From positions 64,001 to 105,164 of IMG/VR virus record IMGVR_UViG_3300030339_000011: a stretch of 41,164 bases of DNA; one strand, 5' to 3'. Of this stretch, positions 13,378 through 22,365 are shown piece by piece (within the stretch, counting starts at the first letter, position 1; every line of letters starts with the position of its first letter). The position numbers were made by a program, and so were the translations under genes. The notes under the pieces are model-generated. The model searched no databases, had not been told where the DNA came from, and was given only the letters and a program-made list of their open reading frames with translations. This stretch comes from a virus.

Positions 13378-16035
13378 ATGATAAATATTCAATTAGCTAG
13401 TGAAGAGTGGGTTAATAGTCAATTGACTGGATCCACAGGTGGAGGTTCTGGCGGAACATCAGTTATAGATTTAACTTATAATGATTTACTAAATTTAATT
13501 AACTCGAATAGTTTAATTCCTAACCAAGCATATTTGATTACTGATTATCAAACAGTACATCAGATAACAAACACAAGTGATATTAATTACGGTATAAATG
13601 AACCGTTATTGGTAATATCAAGTAGTTTTAATACATTAAATGTTGAGGCTCATTCAAGTTTATATCCTCAGGATATAATATATTATAATTATAGAAATGA
13701 TTCTAATATGGTACCTGGCTGTCAATATGGATATATTTATAGAAGAATAGATACGATTCAAGATAATGATATATCATTTGATTTTAGACAAGTTAAATTT
13801 AGAAGATGGCAGATAATTGTAAATAATGTTTGGAATTCAGGAACAACATATCAAAAAAATGATGTTGTTTTATACAATGGATCAATTTATATTTGTTTAT
13901 ATAATAATACTATTGGAGATAATAATTTTTCATATAATTGGAATCAATTTAAATGGAATAACTTGTCTTATGTGAGTCCAACTGAAAATGTATGGAGCAT
14001 TGGGAATTCAAACATTTCATGTAGTACAGGTTACACTGACTATAATATGTGGTCTGATATTAATAATTATAATTATTCTCATTCTAATAAGATAGAACAA
14101 CATAATAGTAATACCAATAATGGTGATATTATAAGCAATAAAAATACTATAATTTTTGGAAGTTATTTTCAATATAATAAAATTATTGGAAATAATTTTA
14201 TTAATAATAGCATAGGTGGTTATTTTCAAAATAATATAATTGGAAATTATTTTAATAATAATAGTGTTGGTGATTTTTTTCAAAATAATAATATTGGTGA
14301 TTATATTTTTGATAATATTATTGGAAATAATTTTATTTTTAATAATATTATAAATCAATATTATAATAATAATATTGGTATGGATTTTCAAAATAATACA
14401 ATAGAAAATAGTTTCAATCAGAATAGTATTAGCTATAATTTTATTTTTAATAATATTGGAAAAAGTTTTCAAAATAATAGTATTGGATATTATTTTGTAT
14501 CAAATACAACTGGAAATTATTTTGGAGATAATAATATCAAAAGCTATTTTTCAGATAATATAATTGGAAATAATTTTGGTAGTAATAAAAACAGAGATTA
14601 TTTTCAATATAATAATATAAAAAATGAGTATCGTAATAATACCACAGATACTAATTTTAATAATAATACAATTGGAGATTCATTTTATAATAATACAATT
14701 GGAACTACTTTTTATCAAAATAATATTAATCACCAGTTTAGTTATAATATAATTGGTAATGATAGTAAAGATAATATTATTGATCATGATTGTCAATATA
14801 ATACAATAGGAAATAGTTTTCATGATAATATAATAGGCAACATGTGCAGTAATAATATATTTGGAAATGGTAATAATAGTAATATCATTAAAAACTCATG
14901 TTCTCGTAACACATTTGGTATTAATAATGTTAATAATACGATTGAAAGTTATAGTATGAATAATACATTTGATGGTAATTGTAGTAATAATGTTATTGAA
15001 TATCAATGTAGCTTTAATATATTTTCTGGTAGTTGCTTTAATAATTCAATTGGAAGCAACTCTTCAAATATTACTATATTAAATGGACAAGGTAATATAT
15101 TTGGTATTCAATGTAATACGATTAATATAGGCAATAATAGTAAATATAATACATTTAAAAATTATTGTCAATTTGATACAATTGGTACTGATTTTTGGAA
15201 TAATACAATTGAAAACAATTTTGTGCGTAACAAAATTGGAAATTATTGTCAGTATAATATATTTGGTGGAATTATTGTAGATAGTATTTTAGGTAATTAT
15301 TTTAGTTATAATACATTTGGTAGTCAGGCTAAATGTAATCTAGGTGATAATTATTCCAATAATATTTTTAATAGTTCATGTAATTTGTCATTAGGAGGAT
15401 CAGGATTTTCTAATAATATATTTGGTAGTCAATGTAATTTGTCAATTGGAGATAATTGTTATGATAATGTATTTGGAAATCAATGTAATTTGACAATAGG
15501 AAGTCAATTTTCAAATAATAATTTTGGTAGTCAGATTAACGGTTCTATTTCTGATAATTGTTATAATAATACATTTGTTGGACAATGCAATTTTACAATC
15601 GGTAGTAATTTTCAAAATAATACAATTGGAAGTCAATGTAATTTAACAACATTAGACAATTTTCAATATAATACATTCGGTAGTGGCTGTGAATTTACAG
15701 TAGGAAATAATTTTAAAAATAATACTATTAATAATTATTCTCAATCTAATACAGTTGGAGAAGATTTTAAGAATAATATTGTTGGTAGTAATTTTTCTGA
15801 GAATACTATTGGTGATAGTTTTAATAATAACACAATTGGTAGTAGTTTTCAAAATATTATAATTGGTAGTAATTTTAATATGAATACTGTATGTGACAAT
15901 TTTAATTATTTTAATTTAGATTTAACATCATCAACGTATATTTATAATACTTACACAAAAGAATTATTTGTTAATTCAAACGGAGAGCAAAAATTAATTT
16001 ATGATAAAATGGTTATTGTAGATGCAAATTTATAA
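13378..16035 (+). CDS. Large tail-fibre-like protein (885 aa): shared N-terminal adaptor, conserved core, ~65 nonapeptide repeats, conserved C-terminal tail
   Basis: MINIQLASEEWV N-terminus and short GGGSGG linker. Core [56 protein letters not shown]. Very long xIGxxFxxN / NC..G repeat region. C-terminus STYIYNTYTKELFV..KLIYDKMVIVDANL. Confidence 0.85.
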   Translation: MINIQLASEEWVNSQLTGSTGGGSGGTSVIDLTYNDLLNLINSNSLIPNQAYLITDYQTVHQITNTSDINYGINEPLLVISSSFNTLNVEAHSSLYPQDIIYYNYRNDSNMVPGCQYGYIYRRIDTIQDNDISFDFRQVKFRRWQIIVNNVWNSGTTYQKNDVVLYNGSIYICLYNNTIGDNNFSYNWNQFKWNNLSYVSPTENVWSIGNSNISCSTGYTDYNMWSDINNYNYSHSNKIEQHNSNTNNGDIISNKNTIIFGSYFQYNKIIGNNFINNSIGGYFQNNIIGNYFNNNSVGDFFQNNNIGDYIFDNIIGNNFIFNNIINQYYNNNIGMDFQNNTIENSFNQNSISYNFIFNNIGKSFQNNSIGYYFVSNTTGNYFGDNNIKSYFSDNIIGNNFGSNKNRDYFQYNNIKNEYRNNTTDTNFNNNTIGDSFYNNTIGTTFYQNNINHQFSYNIIGNDSKDNIIDHDCQYNTIGNSFHDNIIGNMCSNNIFGNGNNSNIIKNSCSRNTFGINNVNNTIESYSMNNTFDGNCSNNVIEYQCSFNIFSGSCFNNSIGSNSSNITILNGQGNIFGIQCNTINIGNNSKYNTFKNYCQFDTIGTDFWNNTIENNFVRNKIGNYCQYNIFGGIIVDSILGNYFSYNTFGSQAKCNLGDNYSNNIFNSSCNLSLGGSGFSNNIFGSQCNLSIGDNCYDNVFGNQCNLTIGSQFSNNNFGSQINGSISDNCYNNTFVGQCNFTIGSNFQNNTIGSQCNLTTLDNFQYNTFGSGCEFTVGNNFKNNTINNYSQSNTVGEDFKNNIVGSNFSENTIGDSFNNNTIGSSFQNIIIGSNFNMNTVCDNFNYFNLDLTSSTYIYNTYTKELFVNSNGEQKLIYDKMVIVDANL
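14130..15910 (+). repeat. About 1.8 kb of degenerate 27-nt tandem repeats (~65 nonapeptide units)
   Basis: Period-9 pattern in the translation. In the second half the repeat changes flavour (..NCxxxxFG.QCN.. units). Confidence 0.7.
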
Positions 16036-16051
16036 AATATAAAAATAGATA

Positions 16052-16090
16052 AGAAACTCAGTTAATAATAGTTAATTGAGTTTTTTTTTA
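16052..16090 (+). terminator. Hairpin terminator, AACTCAGTTAA family, with one G-U wobble
   Basis: AAACTCAGTTAATAATAGTTAATTGAGTTTTTTTTT, 3' of the 885-aa fibre gene. Confidence 0.65.
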
Positions 16091-16116
16091 TCATTATAGA
16101 CTTATTTTGCTTTGAG

Positions 16117-16150
16117 TTTTTTATATATACTATTATAAACAAAAAAAAAT
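16117..16150 (+). promoter_or_regulatory. Promoter-like motif TTTTTTATATATACTATTATAAACAAAAAAAAATA
   Basis: TATATATAC.A..AAAAA core similar to the fibre-gene motif, 10 nt upstream of the 16160 ATG. Confidence 0.3.
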
Positions 16151-16159
16151 ATAACAAAA

Positions 16160-16489
16160 ATGACAAATTTAATATCCCTAAGTGAAGGAGTTTGGATGCC
16201 AAAAGATCGAGTATTTCCAACAGAAGATCAGAAAAAAATATTATCAAGTACAAATTCTGGAGATACTGCAGCTAAAAATGATATATTAGCATTAATCGCA
16301 TCTGGAAACACTGCAAATCCTTCTGATGTAAGCAAAGCAATATTAGCATATAATTTGAAAAAACCAGCATTAGTAAATCCAACTGATGTGTATAAATTTA
16401 TCGCATCTGCAGTAACGATCGAAGGTGATACAGTAACTGGATTTATAAATTATATGATGAATGGCGTTATAAATAAAATAACATTTTAA
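16160..16489 (+). CDS. Hypothetical protein with internal short repeat (A.IASGNTANPSDV / ALVNPTDV)
   Basis: 109-aa ORF, the first gene after the terminator/promoter pair, immediately upstream of fibre-module genes. Confidence 0.55.
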   Translation: MTNLISLSEGVWMPKDRVFPTEDQKKILSSTNSGDTAAKNDILALIASGNTANPSDVSKAILAYNLKKPALVNPTDVYKFIASAVTIEGDTVTGFINYMMNGVINKITF

Positions 16490-16492
16490 TCT

Positions 16493-16909
16493 ATGGCTTC
16501 AGATATAATACATTTAGCAAGTGAAGAATGGGTTAGTGATATTTTCAGTGGATTAACTGTTGCAATTGGTAGTGGAGTCACAATCAATACTGTATATAAA
16601 TATAAAAAAATAAATTCTCCTACTGGAAATTTAAATTTAGATAATTGGACTGAAACATATATTGGAACAATATCGAGTGGAAACACAATAACTGTTATTC
16701 TTCCTACTCCAGCAAATGGGTTAGTTAATGAATCAATTTTAATATTCAAAACAGGAAGCTCAGTACCTACAATTTATCAACCGACTGGAGTTGTTTGGCG
16801 TGGAAATATTCCTATTTTAGGAATCAATTCTACTTGGACAATTGTTTATGAACAGGTATTTACAGAAACTGCTTTTGAAATTTATGCAGTAGCAATTAAA
16901 AACATTTAA
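16493..16909 (+). CDS. Short protein carrying the shared fibre N-terminal adaptor peptide (candidate anchor/adaptor subunit of a split receptor-binding protein)
   Basis: MASDIIHLASEEWVSDIFSGLT matches the N-termini of ORFs 1542, 3977, 13378 and 18077. Only 138 aa, directly followed by the LamG lectin gene. Confidence 0.65.
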   Translation: MASDIIHLASEEWVSDIFSGLTVAIGSGVTINTVYKYKKINSPTGNLNLDNWTETYIGTISSGNTITVILPTPANGLVNESILIFKTGSSVPTIYQPTGVVWRGNIPILGINSTWTIVYEQVFTETAFEIYAVAIKNI

Positions 16910-16910
16910 T

Positions 16911-17654
16911 ATGAAATATTATAGCGGAGAATTATTTAACCCAGAAGAAATTATACCATTTAAAGGTGTAGATAATTTATGGGCATCAGCAGATATTATA
17001 ACTGGTATCACTACAACTGGAATAACAGTTTTAGATTTGGATGCAGGAAATCTAGCATCTTATCCTAAATCTGGAAATATTTGGTATGATTTAACAGGAA
17101 GAGAAAATAATGCGTATCTAAATACTGGAAATGAATTTCAAACAATAGGAGGAGGTAGCATGAGGTTTGACGGAACACAAGGAATGGGTGTTGGTGTCTC
17201 ACCAGATTTTAGTTCATTAAATACCAACATAACATTAGATTCTGTTATTTATTGTGATAATTTAAATGATAATAGACAAATATGTTCAAAAGGGTTTGGA
17301 TATCAATATAGATTCAGAGTACAGAATAATGGAAGTTTATGGATTTATTGTACAAATAATGGAGAGATGTCTGGTGGTCATATATATTTAAATACCTGGA
17401 CATATGTAGCAGCAGTATTAAGTGATACTGGATTCAGAATTTATATAAATGGTGAATTAGTAAATTCAAATTCTGTTCCATATAATCCAGCAACACCATT
17501 TTCAGATACATCTGGACATTATGTTGGAGCATACAATTCAATGCAAGAGCATTTTTCTGGGTATATTGCAACTCAAAGAAGATATAATAGAGCATTAAAT
17601 GATAGTGAAATTATGAATAATTTTACTGCTATAAGATCCAGATTTGGAATATAA
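16911..17654 (+). CDS. Concanavalin-A-like lectin / laminin-G (LamG_3-type) domain protein
   Basis: SGNIWYDLTGRENNAYLNTG..MRFDG.. then TWTYVAAVLSDTGFRIYINGELV.. then FSGYIATQRRYNRALNDSEIMNNF. This is the canonical LamG signature (WxhVA.., LY.NG.., F.G.I..V.IYNRALS..EI). Confidence 0.75.
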   Translation: MKYYSGELFNPEEIIPFKGVDNLWASADIITGITTTGITVLDLDAGNLASYPKSGNIWYDLTGRENNAYLNTGNEFQTIGGGSMRFDGTQGMGVGVSPDFSSLNTNITLDSVIYCDNLNDNRQICSKGFGYQYRFRVQNNGSLWIYCTNNGEMSGGHIYLNTWTYVAAVLSDTGFRIYINGELVNSNSVPYNPATPFSDTSGHYVGAYNSMQEHFSGYIATQRRYNRALNDSEIMNNFTAIRSRFGI

Positions 17655-17674
17655 TATAAAAATTAATTGATAAT

Positions 17675-18034
17675 ATGAAAGCAAAATTAATAGAAGGAAA
17701 AATAGAATTTTTTACACAACCAAATTGGCTGTTAGGAGATTCAACAACATATTCAATTGAAAACGGATATAAAGAAGTTATATATGTAACAGGAACAACA
17801 ACTGTTTATGAAGATGATTTAAATGTTTTTGTTGGAATGCCAACTCACATTGATAATAATGATGAGATAAAATTTAAAAGAAGTATGGCGTATAAAGATA
17901 GAAGTGATTCATATTATATGGCATATCAAAAATATCTGGCTCTTAATAATATAGATAAAGCTAATCAATCAAAAGATTTATGGCTTTCTGAAATAAATAA
18001 AATAGATCTTGAATTTCCTTATGTTACTGAATAA
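17675..18034 (+). CDS. Hypothetical protein, paralogue of ORF 3513 (IENGYKE motif)
   Basis: TYSIENGYKEVIYV matches SDLCIENGYKELRF of 3513. Both lie downstream of fibre-module genes. Confidence 0.55.
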   Translation: MKAKLIEGKIEFFTQPNWLLGDSTTYSIENGYKEVIYVTGTTTVYEDDLNVFVGMPTHIDNNDEIKFKRSMAYKDRSDSYYMAYQKYLALNNIDKANQSKDLWLSEINKIDLEFPYVTE

Positions 18035-18070
18035 ATTTATATTCAAAAATAAAGAAAATAAAAAAAAATA
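18035..18070 (+). promoter_or_regulatory. AT-rich promoter-like motif (TTTATATTCAAAAATAAAGAAAATAAAAAAAATA)
   Basis: Related to the fibre-gene upstream motif. No Shine-Dalgarno sequence. Confidence 0.3.
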
Positions 18071-18076
18071 TTAATT

Positions 18077-21000
18077 ATGAGTGAAATAATATATTTAGCT
18101 AGTCAGGAATGGGTTAGAGGATTTGAAAGCGGATTAACTGGAAGTAGTTCTGCAAGTTATTGGGAAAAAGTACCACCAACTATTGGAACTACAACTGAAT
18201 TTCCTCTTTGGTGGTATAGTGGGGATTATAATATATATGGAAAAGATTATTATAATTTTGACGCTGTAACAGCAGGTATTAGAGGAAACCAAGGAGTTTA
18301 TTTTAATAACGGATTTTCAACTTATTTTGGAACTTCAACACCAGGTAGTACATCTACTAAATTTTATGCTGCACTTTTAGATAATCAATTATCTACTATT
18401 TCATATAATGAATGGTCTGGATATAATGGATTTTCAATAAGACTAACTCGTGAAGCGACTTCAGGTGAAACATTATTATCTGATGGAGAAATAATTTCAT
18501 CTGGATTCACAGATATAGACGGAAATGTATATAGTTGTGTTAAAATTGGTACTCAAATTTGGACTAGAGAAAATTTAAGAGTTATAAATGGATATGATTA
18601 TGCATCATCTGCAACAACTTCATTAGTAACTTTGGATGATCATGATTGGTGGTATAATACTAGTACTCAATATCCTGCTTATGCTGAATATCCAATTGAA
18701 AATATTATAGAAGATTATGCAATATTTAATTTACCTTTTACCATGCCTAGTGGATATACTCAAAATGATATAAATGTTATATACGGTAGAATATATTGCT
18801 TATTTGCAGCTAACACATTAATACAAAATAATCCAGATGGTTGGAGAGTACCTTTAAATTCTGATTTTGAAACAATGACGTCTTATATGATAAGTGTCAA
18901 TCCAAATATAACAATAGATAATGTTGGCGATGCATTAAAGTCAATAAGACATGCAGATTATGAAGCAATAAAACCTATTAATAGTACTGGATATGTAATA
19001 GTAGATTGTAATTTAGTTGTAAGTGGTGGTACAATGAGTGGAGATGGATCAAAAATAACAAATATATCAGCAACTAATGTAGTTGGAATTCCAACTAATT
19101 ATGCTCCATCTGATGGTGCTCAATATTTAACTGTTGAAGGAAAAAATGTTGATTCTGGAATAAATGGAGAGGAATTACAAACTGTATATGATTTAGCAAA
19201 ATCTATAAATCCGAGTTCAAATAATCCTATAAACATAATTATATATCCTGGATATTACGGAATGCCTAATGGACTTAGTTTAGATACTCCTTATATAAAT
19301 TTAATATCAGCAACAGGAGAATTAGATGTTAAAATTGAATTTGCTGGCGCTATTGTTATTTCAGATAATATTAAATTGACAGGTATATTTTTTGGAGGTA
19401 GTGGATTAAAACTCACTGGAAATTTTCCAGGGTTATGGATTGAAAATTGTTCAGGAATGATAGATGGGGGTAATATTTTAACGTATCCAGATACTAATTT
19501 ATCTGGAACTTTTAAAGATATAAATTTAGTTAATGGTAATGGATTTGGTTATATACAAGAAGCATCTGGATATTTTGAAAATATATATCATAAAGGTGGA
19601 AATTTATTTTATGATACTAAAATTATATCTGGTATATTCAAAAATTGTAATGCTGCAAACGGATTTGGTGTAGGAGGAGCTGTCATATCATCTGGTGCGA
19701 CATTTGAAAATTGTACATGTGATGATGCTGGATTTGGAGGAGGAGGAGGTTGTATTATATCATCTGGAACTACTTTTATTAATTGCAATTCTGGTGATAA
19801 TTCATTTGGTAATAGTGGAATAGAAGTGTCTGGTACATTTATTAATTGTAATGCTGGAAATTCTTCATTTGGTGCTCATTGTATGACATCTGGAACATTT
19901 GTGAATTGTACAGCAAAAGGTAATACTGGATCTTTTGGTGATTCTAAACAAGGTGGAACATTAACAGGTAGTTTATATAATTGTAGATTGACTACGCCAG
20001 GTACATTTGGACTTCCTTCAAGTGGAGGTACTATTCTGTTATGTATTGACGGTTATGGAGCAGTAATAGGAGCAGGAGATTTTGCTCCATCAGATGGAAA
20101 TCAATATTTAACAGTTAAAGGAATCAGTAGTGATCCTGGAACAAATGGAGCTGAGTTACAGAATGTTTATAATATAGCTAAGGCTTTAAATCCAACAATA
20201 ATTAGTCCAATTAATATAATTATTTATCCTGGTTATTATGGAATGACATCATTAATTAGTTTAGATACTCCTTATATAAATTTAATTTCTTCAACAGGGG
20301 AATTAGATATTGAAATTGGTTATAGTGGTATATTAATTATCACAGATAATATTAAATTAATTGGTATAAATTTTACAGGTATGGGATTAGAAATAAGAGG
20401 AAATTTTCCTGGATTAAGGATTGAAAATTGTTCAGGACAAATTAAAGGTAGCACAATTGATAATAGTACTATTTTATCTGGAACATTTAAAAATTTAAAA
20501 TTAACAAATAACACATTTGGATCAGGTGTTTCTGACTTTCCTGGTCATTTTGAAAATATAACATCAGACGGTGCGTTGTTTAATGGAGAGAATGGAGATT
20601 TATCTGGAAGATTTATAAATTGTACTGCTGAAACTGGATTTTCTTCAACATCTTTATCTGGTACATTTATTAATTGTAATTCTGGAGATTTCTCATTTGG
20701 AACAAATGAAGTTGGAGCAAATGTATCTGGAACATTTATAAATTGTACTGCTGGAAATACTTCATTTGGAATTGATGGTATTGCATCTGGAACATTTATA
20801 AATTGTACAGCAAAAAGTAAATCTTTTGGTGACTCTACACGAGGTGGAGCATTAACAGGAAGTTTATATAATTGTAGATTGACTACTCCAGGTACATTTG
20901 AAATACCTTCAAGTGGAGGTACAATTATATTATGTATTGACGGTTATGGAAAAATAATTGGGGGAGGTGATTTTGCTCCAACAATAGGAACTCAATTTTT

Positions 21001-22084
21001 AACAGTAAAAGGTGGAAATAGTAATCCTGGAATAAATGGAAATGAATTGCAAAATGTGTATAATATAGCGAAAGCTATAGTACCAGCACCAGATAGTCCA
21101 GTTAATATTATTATATATCCTGGATATTATAGTTTTCTAACTGATAGTCTTAATTTAGATACTCAAAATATAAATTTAGTTTCATCTACTGGAAATATCG
21201 ATGTAAATATTGGTGGTTCTGGTGTTATAATTACTAATAATAAAATAAAAATAAATGGTATTAACTTTATTGACGGTGGCTTAAAACTAACAGGAAATTT
21301 TCCAGAATTATATATTGAAAATTGCTCTGGACAAATTCAAGCTGATACTACTAATGGTGATGTTACTGCATCTGGAACATTTAAGAATATAAATATTACA
21401 ATGGGATCTGGGTTTTCAGGTATTTTTAATTGCTCAGGTATTTTCAAAAACATATTCAGTTCTAATAATTTGCCATTATTTTCAAGTTCAATTGATACAT
21501 TATCTGGAACATTTACAGATGTAAATTCTGTATTAATTTTTCAAGTAAATAATTTAACTGGTACATTTTTAAATTGTAAAGGGAATAACGGTAGTTTTAA
21601 TGGAATTTGCTCTGGTACTTTTACTAATTGTGAAGGATTATCTTCTTCATTTACTACGATAAATGGAGGTACTTATAATAATTGTGTAGGACAGTTTGTT
21701 GAAATATCAGGAGGAAAATTATATTATTGTAAGAAAAATGATGGTTCTTACCCTACTCCTATTAATGGTGGTGAAATTCATCTTTGTATTGACGGAAATG
21801 GAATTACTGTTGATTCATCAATTATACCTCAAAGTTTATCTTTAAGTAAAATTGGAGCAAATAGCACACCAAGTCCTCAAAGATTTCAATGGATAACAGA
21901 TAAAACAATATCAAGAGTATTATTAACAACTAACTGTTCAGGAGTAACTGTTTCAATTAGTGATATTACTTACGATGAAATAACATTAGTTGGAGTAACT
22001 TTACCTGCTTTAACTGACTTAGTTATTTTAGATATTGCAATACAAACTGGATATGACAATGCTAATGCGATTATAATTTTCTAA
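18077..22084 (+). CDS. Giant 1335-aa fibre/adhesin-like protein: shared N-terminal adaptor, FISUMP-like domain, three ~300-aa internal repeats rich in beta-helix NC..G..SFG units
   Basis: MSEIIYLASQEWV N-terminus. DGNVYSCVKIGTQIWTRENL followed about 100 aa later by PDGWRVPLNSDFETM matches the two signature blocks of the Fibrobacter succinogenes major paralogous (FISUMP) domain as I recall them. Three repeats each begin (D)FAPSDG.QYLTV.G...PG.NG.ELQ.VY..AK...P....PINIIIYPGYYG..LDTPYINLIS.TGELD. Many SGTFINC.AGN.SFG units. Confidence 0.8.
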   Translation: MSEIIYLASQEWVRGFESGLTGSSSASYWEKVPPTIGTTTEFPLWWYSGDYNIYGKDYYNFDAVTAGIRGNQGVYFNNGFSTYFGTSTPGSTSTKFYAALLDNQLSTISYNEWSGYNGFSIRLTREATSGETLLSDGEIISSGFTDIDGNVYSCVKIGTQIWTRENLRVINGYDYASSATTSLVTLDDHDWWYNTSTQYPAYAEYPIENIIEDYAIFNLPFTMPSGYTQNDINVIYGRIYCLFAANTLIQNNPDGWRVPLNSDFETMTSYMISVNPNITIDNVGDALKSIRHADYEAIKPINSTGYVIVDCNLVVSGGTMSGDGSKITNISATNVVGIPTNYAPSDGAQYLTVEGKNVDSGINGEELQTVYDLAKSINPSSNNPINIIIYPGYYGMPNGLSLDTPYINLISATGELDVKIEFAGAIVISDNIKLTGIFFGGSGLKLTGNFPGLWIENCSGMIDGGNILTYPDTNLSGTFKDINLVNGNGFGYIQEASGYFENIYHKGGNLFYDTKIISGIFKNCNAANGFGVGGAVISSGATFENCTCDDAGFGGGGGCIISSGTTFINCNSGDNSFGNSGIEVSGTFINCNAGNSSFGAHCMTSGTFVNCTAKGNTGSFGDSKQGGTLTGSLYNCRLTTPGTFGLPSSGGTILLCIDGYGAVIGAGDFAPSDGNQYLTVKGISSDPGTNGAELQNVYNIAKALNPTIISPINIIIYPGYYGMTSLISLDTPYINLISSTGELDIEIGYSGILIITDNIKLIGINFTGMGLEIRGNFPGLRIENCSGQIKGSTIDNSTILSGTFKNLKLTNNTFGSGVSDFPGHFENITSDGALFNGENGDLSGRFINCTAETGFSSTSLSGTFINCNSGDFSFGTNEVGANVSGTFINCTAGNTSFGIDGIASGTFINCTAKSKSFGDSTRGGALTGSLYNCRLTTPGTFEIPSSGGTIILCIDGYGKIIGGGDFAPTIGTQFLTVKGGNSNPGINGNELQNVYNIAKAIVPAPDSPVNIIIYPGYYSFLTDSLNLDTQNINLVSSTGNIDVNIGGSGVIITNNKIKINGINFIDGGLKLTGNFPELYIENCSGQIQADTTNGDVTASGTFKNINITMGSGFSGIFNCSGIFKNIFSSNNLPLFSSSIDTLSGTFTDVNSVLIFQVNNLTGTFLNCKGNNGSFNGICSGTFTNCEGLSSSFTTINGGTYNNCVGQFVEISGGKLYYCKKNDGSYPTPINGGEIHLCIDGNGITVDSSIIPQSLSLSKIGANSTPSPQRFQWITDKTISRVLLTTNCSGVTVSISDITYDEITLVGVTLPALTDLVILDIAIQTGYDNANAIIIF
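19080..21800 (+). repeat. Three tandem ~0.9 kb intragenic repeats (units starting near 19100, 20081, 20971)
   Basis: Protein-level repeat with clear nucleotide similarity (e.g. ..tttgctccatcagatgg.. / ..tttgctccaacaatagg.. ; ..atatatcctggatattat..). Confidence 0.7.
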
Positions 22085-22098
22085 AAAACAAATAAAAT

Positions 22099-22365
22099 AT
22101 GATACAAATAACAGACACAATAGAGTTTGATGAATCTAAAGATTTAGAATTTCAATCATCTGGATTTACGATATGGTTTCAAACTGAATGCTTAAGTAAA
22201 ATAAATTTTAAGAATGATGAATCAAAAACTTGTTCAACATTTGATAAATTTGGAAGACCATCGACTTGGATATTTGGTAATATAACAGTAGAGGCTGAAT
22301 ATTATCCAATTGTTGGAAATCAAGATTTTAATTTTAAAAAATATCTAGTTTATGGGAATATTTAA
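22099..22365 (+). CDS. Small MIQIT-protein, cassette component (paralogue of 25875)
   Basis: MIQITDTIEFDESKDLEFQSS aligns with MIQITGTTEFDETKLLSMQSS. The first ~35 nt of the two genes are nearly identical. It overlaps the downstream tailspike-like gene by 14 nt. Confidence 0.65.
   Translation: MIQITDTIEFDESKDLEFQSSGFTIWFQTECLSKINFKNDESKTCSTFDKFGRPSTWIFGNITVEAEYYPIVGNQDFNFKKYLVYGNI

Noticed and set aside
14017-14472. Long I/N/K-rich ORFs antisense or out-of-frame to the fibre repeat regions (also 5190..5519, 5306..5599, 15652..15852, 32041..32460, 32243..32443)
   Set aside because: They lie entirely inside the 27-nt repeat tracts of the fibre genes. They are low-complexity mirror images of the sense-strand nonapeptide repeats. 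They have no paralogue support and the sense frames are much longer and conserved across four genes.
14130-15910. Possibility that the regular 27-nt repeats are a CRISPR-like or satellite array
   Set aside because: The repeats are degenerate and contiguous (no spacers), stay in one open reading frame for up to 1.8 kb, and translate to a coherent 9-aa motif shared by four paralogous proteins. No cas genes were noted.
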